The position numbers were made by a program, and so were the translations under genes. DNA of 64,000 nt, taken from positions 7,316,001 to 7,380,000 of the forward strand of contig CM022679.1 of NCBI GenBank assembly GCA_012295275.1, written 5' to 3'. This DNA comes from Chrysomallon squamiferum (lineage: Eukaryota; Animalia; Mollusca). This document shows, one piece after another, positions 27,164-47,455 of this stretch. The number at the start of each line of letters is the position of its first letter. Within the stretch, counting starts at the first letter, position 1. Under the pieces are notes generated by a model. The model worked only from the letters and a program-made list of their open reading frames with translations. It made no database searches and was not told the DNA's origin.

Positions 27164-29505
27164 CGATGAATGTATAGCAGTACTCCTGAAAAAACCCCAA
27201 TGATTTAGTTTGAAGAAGATACTATAAATTTGATGTTTTGTAATATTCATTTAAGAGTGTGGCTTTCAGATCTAAAATTCTGTGATAAAATATGGGCAAA
27301 ATCTAGTGTGAGAAACTAAATTTCTGATTTGGTTTAATCATGCTCCCTCAGAAAAATAATTACAAAAGAAAAAAAAAAAAGAAAGAAAAGACATTAACTT
27401 CCAAAACCACCCTTTAGTGGTTTAAAAAGTTGACATAATCTTAAATTTTGTATAAATTATGTTATAAAAATTAACTATAAGTAATTAATCAGTGTGTGAA
27501 ATAATAAAAATATATCCATATTCAATTACATAATCTTTAATATGGTGTAACATCGTTTAGATAATATGTTACAAAGAAAAAAATGTTTTTGACTAAATCA
27601 TCCAGTACTTTAAATTCAGATACATCTTCATTTCTTATAACAATGTGATGATTTTTTCTCATTTGTGATTTATTTCATTTTCATTTTTTTTTTTTTTCTG
27701 GTTTTGAAAAAAAATAAAATAAAAAATAAAAGAATGTGGTATCAGTGGTCTTGGTGTATGGAAAGTTTATTTTTCGCACAATTATGAATGAGAAAAAGTA
27801 AAAATGAGCATGTATCAATTGTAAGAAAGTAATTTTTGTTTTACAAAAGATATCTTACAATAATTATTGCACAGACTTTTTCTGCATGGTGCTTGGGGAT
27901 TTTGTTATAAACATATAGTATGTACAGTATAAGATCACATATTTTGATTTCTAAAAAAAATTCTAATATGTAATAAAATAACAATAAGTTAGGCAATTAA
28001 TTTAGGTAACATTTTTTTTTAAAGTTTTGTTGTGATGTATTTAAGAAGTTAAACTTAAAGTGCTTGAGAACAATCAGATTTCTCATTTTATTTGATGTGA
28101 TACACAAGGTGTATACAGAAAACATTGATTTAGTATTTACATCAGTAAGTCTGTGGCATTTCACATTAATTTTCATTTTTCTCTTTATCCATCATTTAAT
28201 TTATAAAATATCACACATCAAAATACATCATTTTTTCTTCATCAGTTTGCACATTCCATGTTAATCCTTTTTTTGTTCTAAAGAGTTGTCAGTTTCACTT
28301 CATTTAGAGTGCTGTAACAATCACTTAAGAATTTGTAATGTACATACTACATATATTGTACTTGAATCATACGTTTATTATTATTTCCAGAAAGTAATCT
28401 TCATTTTGGAACAATTTATGGCATGCAGCAAATGCTGGATTAAAATATGTGGTGATAATGTTCAATGGGAGGGACCAAATATAATATTTGAAAATATTGT
28501 GAAAAATTTGGTATTAAATATAAATTAATTTGGTTTCATAAATTTACATTTTCATTATGCAGTTATCTTGGGACTTAGGTTACATTCTGAATGAACTGAT
28601 AGGTTTTGTATTTTCTGTTGGAACTTGTGTGTCTAGTGTTGTAAATTGCTGCACATTTTGATTGCCTGTTGTGTTCATCATTGTAAATATTTGTAAAAGA
28701 GCACCCTGAAATTTTATAAAATAAAATATTGCACAAATCAAAGACTTTTGTTATGAATTGTATCAGATTTGAATAACTTGTATCACCAATACCTTTATCA
28801 TTTGATTTGGTATTTAACTATTGGTCTATTTTATAGTATGTTCTATTGATTTGTCTGCTCATTATGATGGTTGAAAGTGAAGATATATTTTACTTAATTG
28901 GTAGGTCTACCCCAAACTTTTGACACAAATCATATAATGAGCAAGTGAACACTCAACATTTACATGTGGAAGGTAGGTTTATTATAGTTGATTTTATGTT
29001 TCTTAAGTTAGCAGTATGTTCAAAATAATTGAGAACTTTATTATATTTGTCTACAAACCTTGCCAGTTTCTCCATGTCAAATGTTTTAGAAGGGTTGTAA
29101 AATTACAACTGTGTTGTCACATGCAGCAAGTATTTCAATTACATTACAGAATTTAAATCATCCTTTATCAATGATCATCACCAGTGTATCAACGTAACTA
29201 CTGTTCACAGTTTATATAGTTCAAGTAAATGAAAGTCATTATGTGAACTTGATGATGTCTCTCATTGTTAATGTATAAAACAAAATTTATTTAAATGTTT
29301 TAGAACCAGCATTTCATTTCAGTTGCAAATTAATAACTCAAACAAAATAGTAATCAATTTAACTATTATTTAATACACTGATTTACAAAATATGTATTGA
29401 GAAACAGTACTATAATGTTATTCAAAAAGTCATTTTGTCAAAATATTTTTTTCTTTTCCAAATTTCTAGTTCACAGCAAATTCTAGTGTTGTTACTTGTT
29501 ATTCA

Positions 29506-31813
29506 TCAGTGGTACTTGGCATGGCGATGATAAGCTGAAACAAATTTTTAAAAAGTTTTTAAATGTGGAAGTAACAGTCTTCAACCATACATTTTTTATT
29601 ATGTCAATTAAACTTACAGGCATATTATGATATATTAAAACACAAATTAAAAATAACTCATGGTATTAACTTTAAAAAAAATGTATATATGAAAAATGAA
29701 GTCATATGGCAGTAAATATATTTGCTTGAAATCAGTTCTTTGAAAATAATGTATAGTTGAAAAATTTAAGTGACTGAGTTGAATGGTTTACTTACTGTGT
29801 GCTTTATACGTGAGGAAGTAGAAACCAATAGACATGCAGACGCAGAACTGGGCAATTGGTGCTACAGACATTTTCTTCACTATTAGATATTTTTCTGCCC
29901 ATCGCCAGCCAGCTAAAAAGCAATGAAGTTTAGAAACAAATGGAGCAATGATAATTTATTTAAAAAGCCCTGGAAAAACTATTAACAAAACTAAGTATGG
30001 CAAAACAAATATATGAAAATAACTCATGATGGCATCATTTCCATGCTTTTAAATAAATATACATATATTTTAAATATATACAATTTTGAATGAATGAAAA
30101 GTGAAATAAACTTACATCTGGATACAGCCTGAACCATTGCCCGAGGGGTAAAGTTTCTGCGGCTTATCCAAGAACCAACCTCTCCCAGTTTAACATCTCC
30201 AAGTGGAATATCCCCTAAATCAAAGAAGACAAAAACTGTGTGAACTGGTGGAACGTTGAGTTTATCAAGAATCAACTTGGATTTAAATAAAAATATAAGT
30301 AAACATATTATCTTTGAATGAAATTTATGGCAGATTTAGCATTTAATTGTGAAAAGCTTCCCTATATTTGTAAACATAAATTATTGTGGTTGTTAATTCT
30401 TCTTTGCCATAAACTGAGACAGGAACTGCAGTTAAGTTTCTGTTGTCTGACATATAAGCGAATCTCCAAGTAACTGAGACATGCAAGATACCTCACCATG
30501 TCATGGAATGGATCATGAGGTAGTTATGTGCATATACCTACTACCAACTATCTCTCAGCATTTCAGATACAAACAGGATTATTTTTTATCCTACTGCTCT
30601 CTTCTGATGCCTGAATCATCATACTCACAGCAAAAGGTCACCTGATTTTTGTAACTTGTAATTACTTTCCGTGAAGTTGAAGGGAGTTCTCTCATTCAAA
30701 TTTCTGTTTCAACATTATTTTTACATATTTTCCAAAATAACAAATATTAGGACATAATAAACATATTCTGCTTCATCTCTGTATTTATTTCTATGATAAA
30801 CAAAAGAGAACAAAAAGACAAGTTTACCATTTCAAAATTGTCAATAAGACATAAGCAAATTAATGCTAACAAATTTTATTAATTAATTGGTAAAAAATAA
30901 AAAATGAATGTCACTGTTAGCAAAATGCTTTGAAATGTGAAGACCTCTGCAACTCATCAATACTAATTTAACTGCTATGGAGATTTTAAGAAATAAGTAA
31001 CTAAGGTGTAAGGTACATCTGAACTAATCAGTGCAATTAAATAACTGAAATTCCAGGCTTAAAAATAGCACTAGAAGTAGAACTCATCAAAAGCTTTAGT
31101 GTGATGTATGATAATTAATACACATATAATATACTGATTTGAAACTGTATCAGTATATAAGATATTCAGTTTATGTTGCAGAATGACCAAAATGAATCAG
31201 TTTCTTCATGGATTCTGAAGAAAAAATGTCAACAAACTTTACTGAGATAAAAATTCATTAGTAACTTCCTTCAAATCAGAGTTTTCAAAGATATCTCGGT
31301 ATCATTTTAATCACCTTTTATTTATTTATTTATTTATTTTTATGATCTTTATAATTTAATTGGAAAATTATATTTTTGAAAATTTTGTCGCATACCCAAC
31401 TCATTACTCACTCAGTCAACTGAGTAATTGAGCACTGAGTAACTCGAAGAGAAAATATTCAGTTTTTACTAAAACTTCTGGCAGACTAGCTTTCAGCTAA
31501 AATATATCGCACATATTTTACACTTAATCTTATGTATTTTTATACTGTTATAGTCTGAATGAAAGTTATACATATATTCATAATATTGTGTAACTTAATC
31601 ATTTTAATTTTTCCACTAACCAAGGACACGACCTTCGATGTATTCATTGGAAATATGAAACTCTGTAGTTTGCATAAATAAATTTAAGTTTAATGTCATT
31701 AGAATGTTTATTTTTCGAATATCACACTACTTACGCTTTCCATAGTAAGTAGCTGGATTATAAGGGCCATGGATTCTTGGGTTAAATTCTGGGGGATATC
31801 CTCCGAACACCAT
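29506..31813 (-). CDS. ATP5MF: ATP synthase subunit f, mitochondrial (107 aa, 4 exons)
   Basis: Minus-strand exons 31813-31735, 30214-30116, 29912-29796, 29534-29506 have GT-AG boundaries, consistent phases and total 324 nt. Protein: MVFGGYPPEFNPRIHGPYNPATYYGKRDIPLGDVKLGEVGSWISRRNFTPRAMVQAVSRSGWRWAEKYLIVKKMSVAPIAQFCVCMSIGFYFLTYKAHTYHRHAKYH. It has the invertebrate subunit-f hallmarks HGPYxP, VKLGE.G.W..RR, the WRW motif and C-terminal KYH. Confidence 0.96.
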
Positions 31814-31870
31814 CTTGGATTATAAACCGGAAGAGATGTGTTTTTATGCTAACGTATTTCCCTTCTCACA
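31811..31870 (-). promoter_or_regulatory. ATP synthase f core promoter: pyrimidine-rich start, ETS core and YY1-like motif on the start codon
   Basis: Minus strand reads CATCTCTTCCGGTTTATAATCCAAGATGG: TTCCGG (ETS core), then AAGATGG (YY1-like) overlapping the ATG. CpGs reappear here. Confidence 0.55.
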
Positions 31871-33209
31871 AAAAAAGAGAACCCAAGATTTTTATTAGTC
31901 ATTTGTTTCGTGCAAAACATTTGAACTAAACATGATTACTTAATGTATATGCTTGAATTTATGCACGTGAGGAAAAAAATGCGGAAAACTAAAGAGATTA
32001 AAGGAAATCAAATATATTCAACTAAGAATAAATATTAAAACTGTTAATATATGGCATTAAGATGTACTAACTAAATAATACTGTAACATATAATGTAATT
32101 CCTATAATAGCTAATAAAACCAGACACTAATATGTATAAATTAAAACTTTAAACATAAAAAAAAAGGAACAAATTACTGTAGACTCATTTCCGTTCAAAT
32201 GAACTTTTGATGGCTATTTTAATTGTTTGATAGATAAATAATGACTTGTTTCCAAATTTTTGAAAATGTGTCCATAATTCAGGAACTGTATTTATATAAG
32301 TTTTAAACTGTAGTTTATAAATCGAATACTTTTTACCGCGATGATATTAATACTTAATTATTTTATTAGTTAATACATACTGATGATATTGACTCATTTA
32401 TTACCCGATATGAGAGGTAATATAACAGTGTAAATGCACGTGTTAATCAAATTAATATATTACTATCATTATTTATTTATTTATTTATTGCTGGTACCTA
32501 TTCCATTCAAAAGCTAAAGGAATGATTATTTTTTCTATTTTTTTTTTTTTTTTTTCATTGATAAAATGCGTATCAAGATCTACAAAGTAATGATCAATTT
32601 TTATTTATAAAATCAAAACAAAATTTCACGGACTTATTTGTAAACAATCTGTTCTTTATTTAACTATTCATTTTTAGCATATAAAATTCGCAGTTATATC
32701 TTTACACATACACATACATCTACACATACTCCCGTACACAACACACACACACATTTAACATAAAACACTTTCTGCTAGTTACTAGCAAATATATTTTTAA
32801 ACAGTTAATACTTACATCAGTTACAGAAATTGCCAAGGATTAATCCGCTGAATTAGACTCAGAAATTACTCTAGTCTAAATTGTTACAAAAGTAGCATTT
32901 AATAATTTAAGCCCTAAATACATTTCTTTTTTGTCATTTTATATTTACAAAAAAATCATTGTCTTGTAGTTATTTCCCTTTATCTATTTGTATCTGTTTA
33001 TGTCTGTATGTTTGTGTAAGTCTCTTTCTATCTGTCTGTGCGTATGTCTATCTATGTATCTATCTATAAATCGTTCTGTCTGCCTGTATGCATGTCTTTC
33101 TATCTGTCTGTGCTGCCTATGCATATATTGAAAACACATCCCTCCTTCCATCAGTCCATGCATCCATCCATCCATTCTTATAAATACATATACATTCTTG
33201 GACGCACAT

Positions 33210-33211
33210 AC

Positions 33212-33247
<36 letters not shown>

Positions 33248-33290
33248 GTATGTATATATATATATGTATGTATATATATATATGTATACA

Positions 33291-33367
<77 letters not shown>

Positions 33368-33380
33368 TTATATATATATA
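33210..33380. repeat. Compound (TA)n/(TATG)n/(CA)n microsatellite upstream of the astacin gene
   Basis: Seen directly; source of several spurious ORFs. Confidence 0.95.
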
Positions 33381-33531
33381 CAAACATAACTTTAGTCAGT
33401 AAAGTGTTGTGACGATATTTTTGATAATATTGTACAGGTGTCATTTTTTGGACAAGTTTAATAAGGTCAGTCGTGTCGTGATAAATTTGCTAGAACAAAT
33501 GCTGTCGCCTTCACATATTGTAAGATCTGCA

Positions 33532-41097
<7,566 letters not shown>

Positions 41098-41215
41098 CTT
41101 TGTTAAAGAGAAATCGAGCCACTCTCCATTCTGAGATCGTATTTAGTTTATGGAAATACATTTTTACCTGATTGCAAGAAGCAGCAGAAGACATTTACCA
41201 ACGATGATTTTATTT

Positions 41216-41221
41216 AATAAA
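41216..41221 (+). terminator. Polyadenylation signal of the astacin-MAM gene
   Basis: AATAAA about 120 nt after the TAA stop at 41095-41097, followed by T-rich sequence. Confidence 0.55.
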
Positions 41222-44101
41222 ATTTTATTTTGATTACAAAAGGCTACATCTTACTTTCTTTATGCTTATTATCAAGAGACAAAGACGATGAATGAGGAAG
41301 CAAGAATAGTGTTTATGTCACATGGACTCAAAGCGAGGGAGAATGAAACATTCACAAACGAAGTCTTCATGTATACACATACAACATACACACATACACA
41401 CATACAACACACAGAGACATACATACAGACATATGCATACAGATAGACATGGCTATATATTCATACAAAAAATTATATATATGATTGTTTTCGATTTTTA
41501 GCAGCTACTGTTTTTATGCTTGTCTGTGTTTAGAATATTAACTTCCCGGTAACGTAGAAGCTAAGATTCGGATAAGTATATATGATACAGGTGCTTACAA
41601 AAAAGGAGGTGGAAAGTTATTCTGGTAAAGAAAGATAAATTTGTGTATAATCTGTCTTCATAGTTCATTGTTTCCCTAGAGTGTTTATGTGTGTATATAT
41701 ATATATATATATATGTATTCCACATTAAAGAAAAAATCCAATTAAAACCTATCAAACCAAGGTACAAGATTTACATTGTATAACATGTTTTTTTAATATC
41801 CTGCTTTGACGTTTTTACCGAGCTGAACTCTTCAAACTGAATGTATCTACAGTAATTTTCGACTTAATTTGTTCTTGCTTAAAATAATTATAAACCTTTC
41901 ACTGGAAACATGTAGGGAATTAATATTGATCTATGTGTATACAAATATATATAAATATACACACATACATGTGAAACCAAAATATTCAATGACTTTACCA
42001 GTTCTTAATTTAAAAACAAAATCTTTGCCACGGTCTATTTTGATTGTAATATTAAAGGATCGAACCCAGATTCTGTGTGTTCTCGTCACCACTGACTTAA
42101 ATGTCGGAACATAAATCTAGGTCGCCTAAACGTCATAACCTAAACTCTGTAGTCATTGTGTGGTCTGATTATCCGTCCGTCGCACATATGTTTAAAATCC
42201 CACAAGCAGTTTACGTCAAGTGGTCGAACATTTCAAGAAATACGCAAAGACTGAAGAGATATACACAAAAGGTTATCATATTTGGGATTGTTTGAAGGTG
42301 AACAGCTGTCCTTTGATAAAACATTTTAGAAGTTCTGTGACAAATGCGTTGAACGTAATATTGTATATACTACTGTAGATATCAGCTAGACTATTTATCC
42401 AGCAAGCGTGGGACCCGAGGGTTAATATATATTTGCAATATAAAGTAAGCAAAAAAAATTAGAGAACGAAACTGGTTTTAACAAATACAAATTCTAAAAC
42501 CGATTACTTCTACTGCTACTATTATTGCTATTACTAAGACAACTGCTACTATCACTGCTACTAGTACTACTACTTCTACTACTACTATTACTACTACTTC
42601 TAATACTGCTGCTACTATTATATCAGCACCATCACTACAGCAGCAACAATTATTATTATTCAGTTTTAAATCTTCATCACCTCTCTAATTAGCGACAATG
42701 TAATCGACAGTATATTTATATTTCTAAATACTTTTATACGGTTTTATTTTATTTAATAATATCTTTGATCTATTACGCACAAACAAACGAACATAAATAG
42801 ACAAACATTTTCTTTTTTCCTTTTTATCTGTTTTAAACAACTCAACACTATCATAATTTCTGAATAATACTAAAATACTTTAATATTTAAAAAAATCTGG
42901 ATACGATAGTTTGGAAAACAGCATTGCCTAAAAAAAAAAGAAGAGGAAAAAACAGAAACAGAGCGAGAGAGAACATAAAAGAAGAAGAAAAAGAAGAAGA
43001 AGAAGAAGAAAAAAGAAAAGAAGAAGGTAAATCTCTTATACGTTGAAGGATGAACTTAAGAAACATGCTGAGAGGAGAAAAAGCCAAAAGATTTTGTCTA
43101 TAAATTAAACTCGAATGTCAGTTCTTTGAAATACGTACTCACGACTTGTACGTAATAATACTTAAAAAGGTTTTTAAGTACAAAGCATATGTGCGAAGGC
43201 TTTTGAGCTAATTATATAGTTAATGGAAAAGTAACAGGCAGGAAGTTATTTGCATTCATGTATGAAAATGCACTGGATTATTTTTCTTTTTTGAATTTGG
43301 AGAAAACAAATATGTAGATATGCACTACAAAATTATTAAAACATCCTGTAAAAAATACACTCACACACACCCAAAAAGACACACACATATATGTGTGTAT
43401 GTATCTTTTTAAAGTGTACTTTATTTATAATAAATGTGCTTACTTCGGAAACGCTGTACCGGTTTATAACATTACTTCAAAAAAAAAAAAATGTATTTGT
43501 TTTTAAGACATTTAAAGTTTTAATTTATTTACCGGAGCGGTCGTAGTAAATTAATATTTTCTTCAACACAGTTTAAAAAATAGACTAATATTCAGATATA
43601 GACTGATAAAAAGTAAATTAAAACACAAGAAGAAAAAAGAAAAATTAAGCGATGGACTGAAGAAATGTACTGAGTAAAGAAAAAATAAAAATAAATAAGA
43701 AATCAAAGTGCTATATAAAAAAGTGAAGGATAAAAAAACAATCGCATACAGGAAAGAAATAATGAAGAAATTGTTTTATTAGAAGATGGTGCCTGTGTTA
43801 TTTAGTGTATAAAACATCGGGCAAAAAAAAAAATTAGCCTGACCCTCCCCACCTTAACCAAAGAGTCCCCATGCTCCCGTGTTGATTGTTACTAGGTGGT
43901 TTTAACAAAACAAGATACTTTCTCAAGAATGTCGGGCAGTTATTTTGAGCGAAACTTTTCTTGTTTCTTTTGCAATGACAAGGGAGATAGTACTACAAAG
44001 CCTGTCGATTTATAGTCAGTGTGTACAAAAAAAAAAAAAAAAAAAATTAAAAAAAGAGGGAAAAAAAGGATAATTCTGTTTAGTTATATCATTTGAAATT
44101 A

Positions 44102-44146
<45 letters not shown>

Positions 44147-44382
44147 TTAAATAAAATCACAATAAATATAAAAATCATTGAACAGAATGTGAAGACAGTT
44201 TACAAAATCCATTTAAACTATTCTTATAAAAAATCTTTAATTGTGTTCATTTGTATGTAAATGGTGTTATTATGCTAATAACATTTGATTATTATTTGAC
44301 TTTGTAACATATGCTCTCATGTTTTCAGATAATCAGTTACAAAAAAAAGAAAAAAAAGAAAAAAAAAATAAAAAATAAATAA

Positions 44383-44430
<48 letters not shown>

Positions 44431-44515
44431 ACATAAGGACAACTAGTTGACAGCGAGAGACAGAATGAAACAGAGACAAAAAGACAGAATGGTTTGTGTT
44501 GTGTGCATGTATGTG

Positions 44516-44518
<3 letters not shown>

Positions 44519-44610
<92 letters not shown>
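44519..44610. repeat. (GA)n microsatellite
   Basis: Seen directly. Confidence 0.95.
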
Positions 44611-44613
<3 letters not shown>

Positions 44614-45593
44614 TAAAATAAAATATAATAGAGGTAGAGTACAAAAAGAATGTTAAGAGATAACTTAAAGGTTGACTTTTTTTTTCGACTCTCAGAGGTT
44701 TTTAACGATACTGAAACTCAAAACAGCTTAACTCAACATTTTTTTTTTTTTTTTTTTGGAAACTATTCAGCTTTGTGTATTCCAGAGTGGCACTTCTCAT
44801 TACAAGATACTTCAGCATGCTGTAAACATTATTTCTAGTTCTGTGTGTTGTGAGTAACTGTATTAGCTGCTACGGTTCTCTGAATGAAGAAGAAGGGATG
44901 GAAATGACTGAATACAGAGCGACACATTTGTTTTATTCAGCTGCCAGATAAGGCGAAACAACGTGTTGTGATCTGTATTTCCAAGGATGCTTCCTGTGGA
45001 AACAATTGACAAGTAAGTTAGAGAAAAAAATTTAAAATTTAATTTTTAGGATCAGAATTTCTTTTCACAGTGAACTCTCTCTTTATCTTTCTTTTGTCAT
45101 ATGGGTTTTCGATTATTTATTTATTTATTTTCGTTTATTTTTTTTTTGTGGGCTTATGTTTTTCTTTTCTTTCTTGCTTTCCATTTTTTAGTTTGCTGTC
45201 ATTTTAAAACTAAACAAGATTGAAATTTTAATCAGAGTACGAATGAGTCACTGACATGAATCAGTACATGTGATATGTGATAAAATTTAAACAGAGATCT
45301 ACAGAATAATAAATAAAAAAAATGTGTGAAAGTGGCAAGAAGACAATGTGACTGACATTCTAGACAGCCAATATAGCATGATGCTGCAGTAAGTATGACA
45401 ATATTGATTTGAAGTAAAACATTAATTAGCTTTTTGAGAAGCTTTCTTATATCAGAATATGCAGAGGTTACGCAGTAAGTTTTGAAATCTACTTAGTTAT
45501 TTATTGTACACTGACATATACAAGCTGAGCAGATCTTGAGATAGATCGACATCCTTATCTAACAATGCACATGTCGCATGCCGCATGTTGTAT

Positions 45594-45636
<43 letters not shown>

Positions 45637-45890
45637 GACAGAGAGAGAGAGAGATTCTACAACTCTTCTGAGATCAAAAAACAATTATATTCACTCTTTC
45701 ATTGTTTTAACAGATTAAAATATTAACGAGTTCAGAAGAGATAATGTAACAGTGAGATAAATTAGAAACACGATATCATTGGAGTAGTTTGCATATTGAT
45801 TTTTCTTGACATATTCAGCGTTTGTGCTGTTACAGAAACGTAAAGCTGTAGCTGTTTCGCAAATACTGCATAATCAAGACTGCAGATGAA

Positions 45891-45998
45891 TATAAAGTAT
45901 ACTGATGACAGGCAAATATTTCATTTATTAGACGGTGTACGCGATTAAGGCTAAGATGGTTTTGCACGCAAATATATTTGCATCCGTCGTCTTGCAAG
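45891..45998 (+). promoter_or_regulatory. TATA + Inr core promoter and short first exon with strong donor
   Basis: TATAAA 45891-45896, TCATT 45921-45925 (about 30 nt downstream), AAGATGG with ATG at 45956, donor CAAG|GTAAGA at 45998/45999. Confidence 0.4.
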
Positions 45999-46119
45999 GT
46001 AAGATATTTTTCAATTATTTTTCAACTCTACTCTGGATAGAATTTCCAAGTTATTCAACTTATTCTGAACTAAACTCCAAAGTTGTTGAACGATATATGT
46101 CTGTTTACATTTCGTGTAT

Positions 46120-46945
46120 TGTTTACTGTACGCTTGGTGATTCGTGATATGGTATGTAGTATATTGTTTTATAATTCATTATCTGGTAAGTGCTACCTTG
46201 TTTTATAATTCGCGTTGTAGTATGAACCAAACAGTTTTATGATTCGTGTTTTGGTATATACTTCACTGTTTTATGGTTCTTGTTTTTGTGTGCACTACAC
46301 TGTTTTTTTTATTCATGTTTTGGTATTAACTACACTGTTTTATGATTCATGTTTTGGTATTAACTACACTGAATTATGGTTCTTGTTTTGGTGTGCACTA
46401 CACTGTTTTGGTATTAACTACACTGTTTTATGTGTCATGTTTTGGTGTGCACTACACTGTTTTATGTATCATGTTTTGGTATTAACTACATTGTTTTGTC
46501 ATGCACCACACGGTTTTATGATTCGTGTTTTGGTATGTTCTGCAGAGTTTTATGATTCATGTTTTGGTATGTACTACACCCACTTATGGTTCTTGTTTTG
46601 GTGTGCACTACACTGTTTTATGATTCATGTTTTCGTGTGCACTACACTATTTTATGATTCAAATTTTGGTATGTTCTACACTGTTTTATGGTTCGTGTTT
46701 TGGTACAAACTACATTATTTAATAACATTTGTAGTGTTTTATAATTCTTGTTAAGATACGAACTAAAAACTAAACTGTTTTATATTTTATGATTTGGTGC
46801 GTTCTATACTCTTTTAGAAGTCGTGTTGCGATATATTCTATACTGTTTTATAATACGTATTGTGGTATGTACTGTACTGTTTTATAATTCGTATTTGGTA
46901 GCTACTATACAGTTTTATAATTCGTGTCGTATATAGTATACTATT
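46120..46945. repeat. 34-bp minisatellite (consensus about actacactgttttatgattcatgttttggtgtgc), roughly two dozen copies, degenerate at both edges
   Basis: The 34-bp period is seen directly (gttttggtattaactacact at 46317 and 46351). The central copies are homogeneous. Confidence 0.92.
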
Positions 46946-47228
46946 TTTTGTTTGAATTATGGAGCTTCTTTTCTTATTCTGTTTTTAAAATACTGTTTTA
47001 TGTTTTGTGTGAACTACGTTAATTAGTCATTAGAGACGTGATATTTATTATATTGTTTGATAAACCATAATCTCTTATATTTAATATTTATTTTATTTTC
47101 ACCGTTGCATACTGACTTTATAGCAATCCTTTGCTCGAATCTAATACGCATTTTAACTGCACTGTTTCATGAAATAACTTATATTTGGCCATAAAACACA
47201 TAAATGTTTAAACTCACAGCCTTTTTTC

Positions 47229-47268
<40 letters not shown>

Positions 47269-47360
47269 CGTATTGATCTGTTAATACATAAAATAATGAA
47301 TATTTGATTTCGATTGCAGAAACTCACAGCAATAACATGCCGTTTAATCTATAACCAGCT

Positions 47361-47364
<4 letters not shown>

Positions 47365-47453
<89 letters not shown>
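47365..47453. repeat. (GA)n microsatellite
   Basis: Seen directly. Confidence 0.95.

Positions 47454-47455
<2 letters not shown>

Noticed and set aside
30024-30275. ORF-track 83-aa protein as a standalone gene
   Set aside because: Only its central 99 nt are real; they are exon 2 of ATP synthase subunit f and the rest is intron.
32984-33444. Several 60-125 aa ORFs rich in YI/CV/TH
   Set aside because: Translations of dinucleotide microsatellites; the same applies to the ER/SL/TH ORFs at 34-35 kb, 44 kb and 59-61 kb.
46120-46945. Possible CRISPR-like array
   Set aside because: Units are contiguous tandem copies without unique spacers, in a eukaryotic context with no cas genes.
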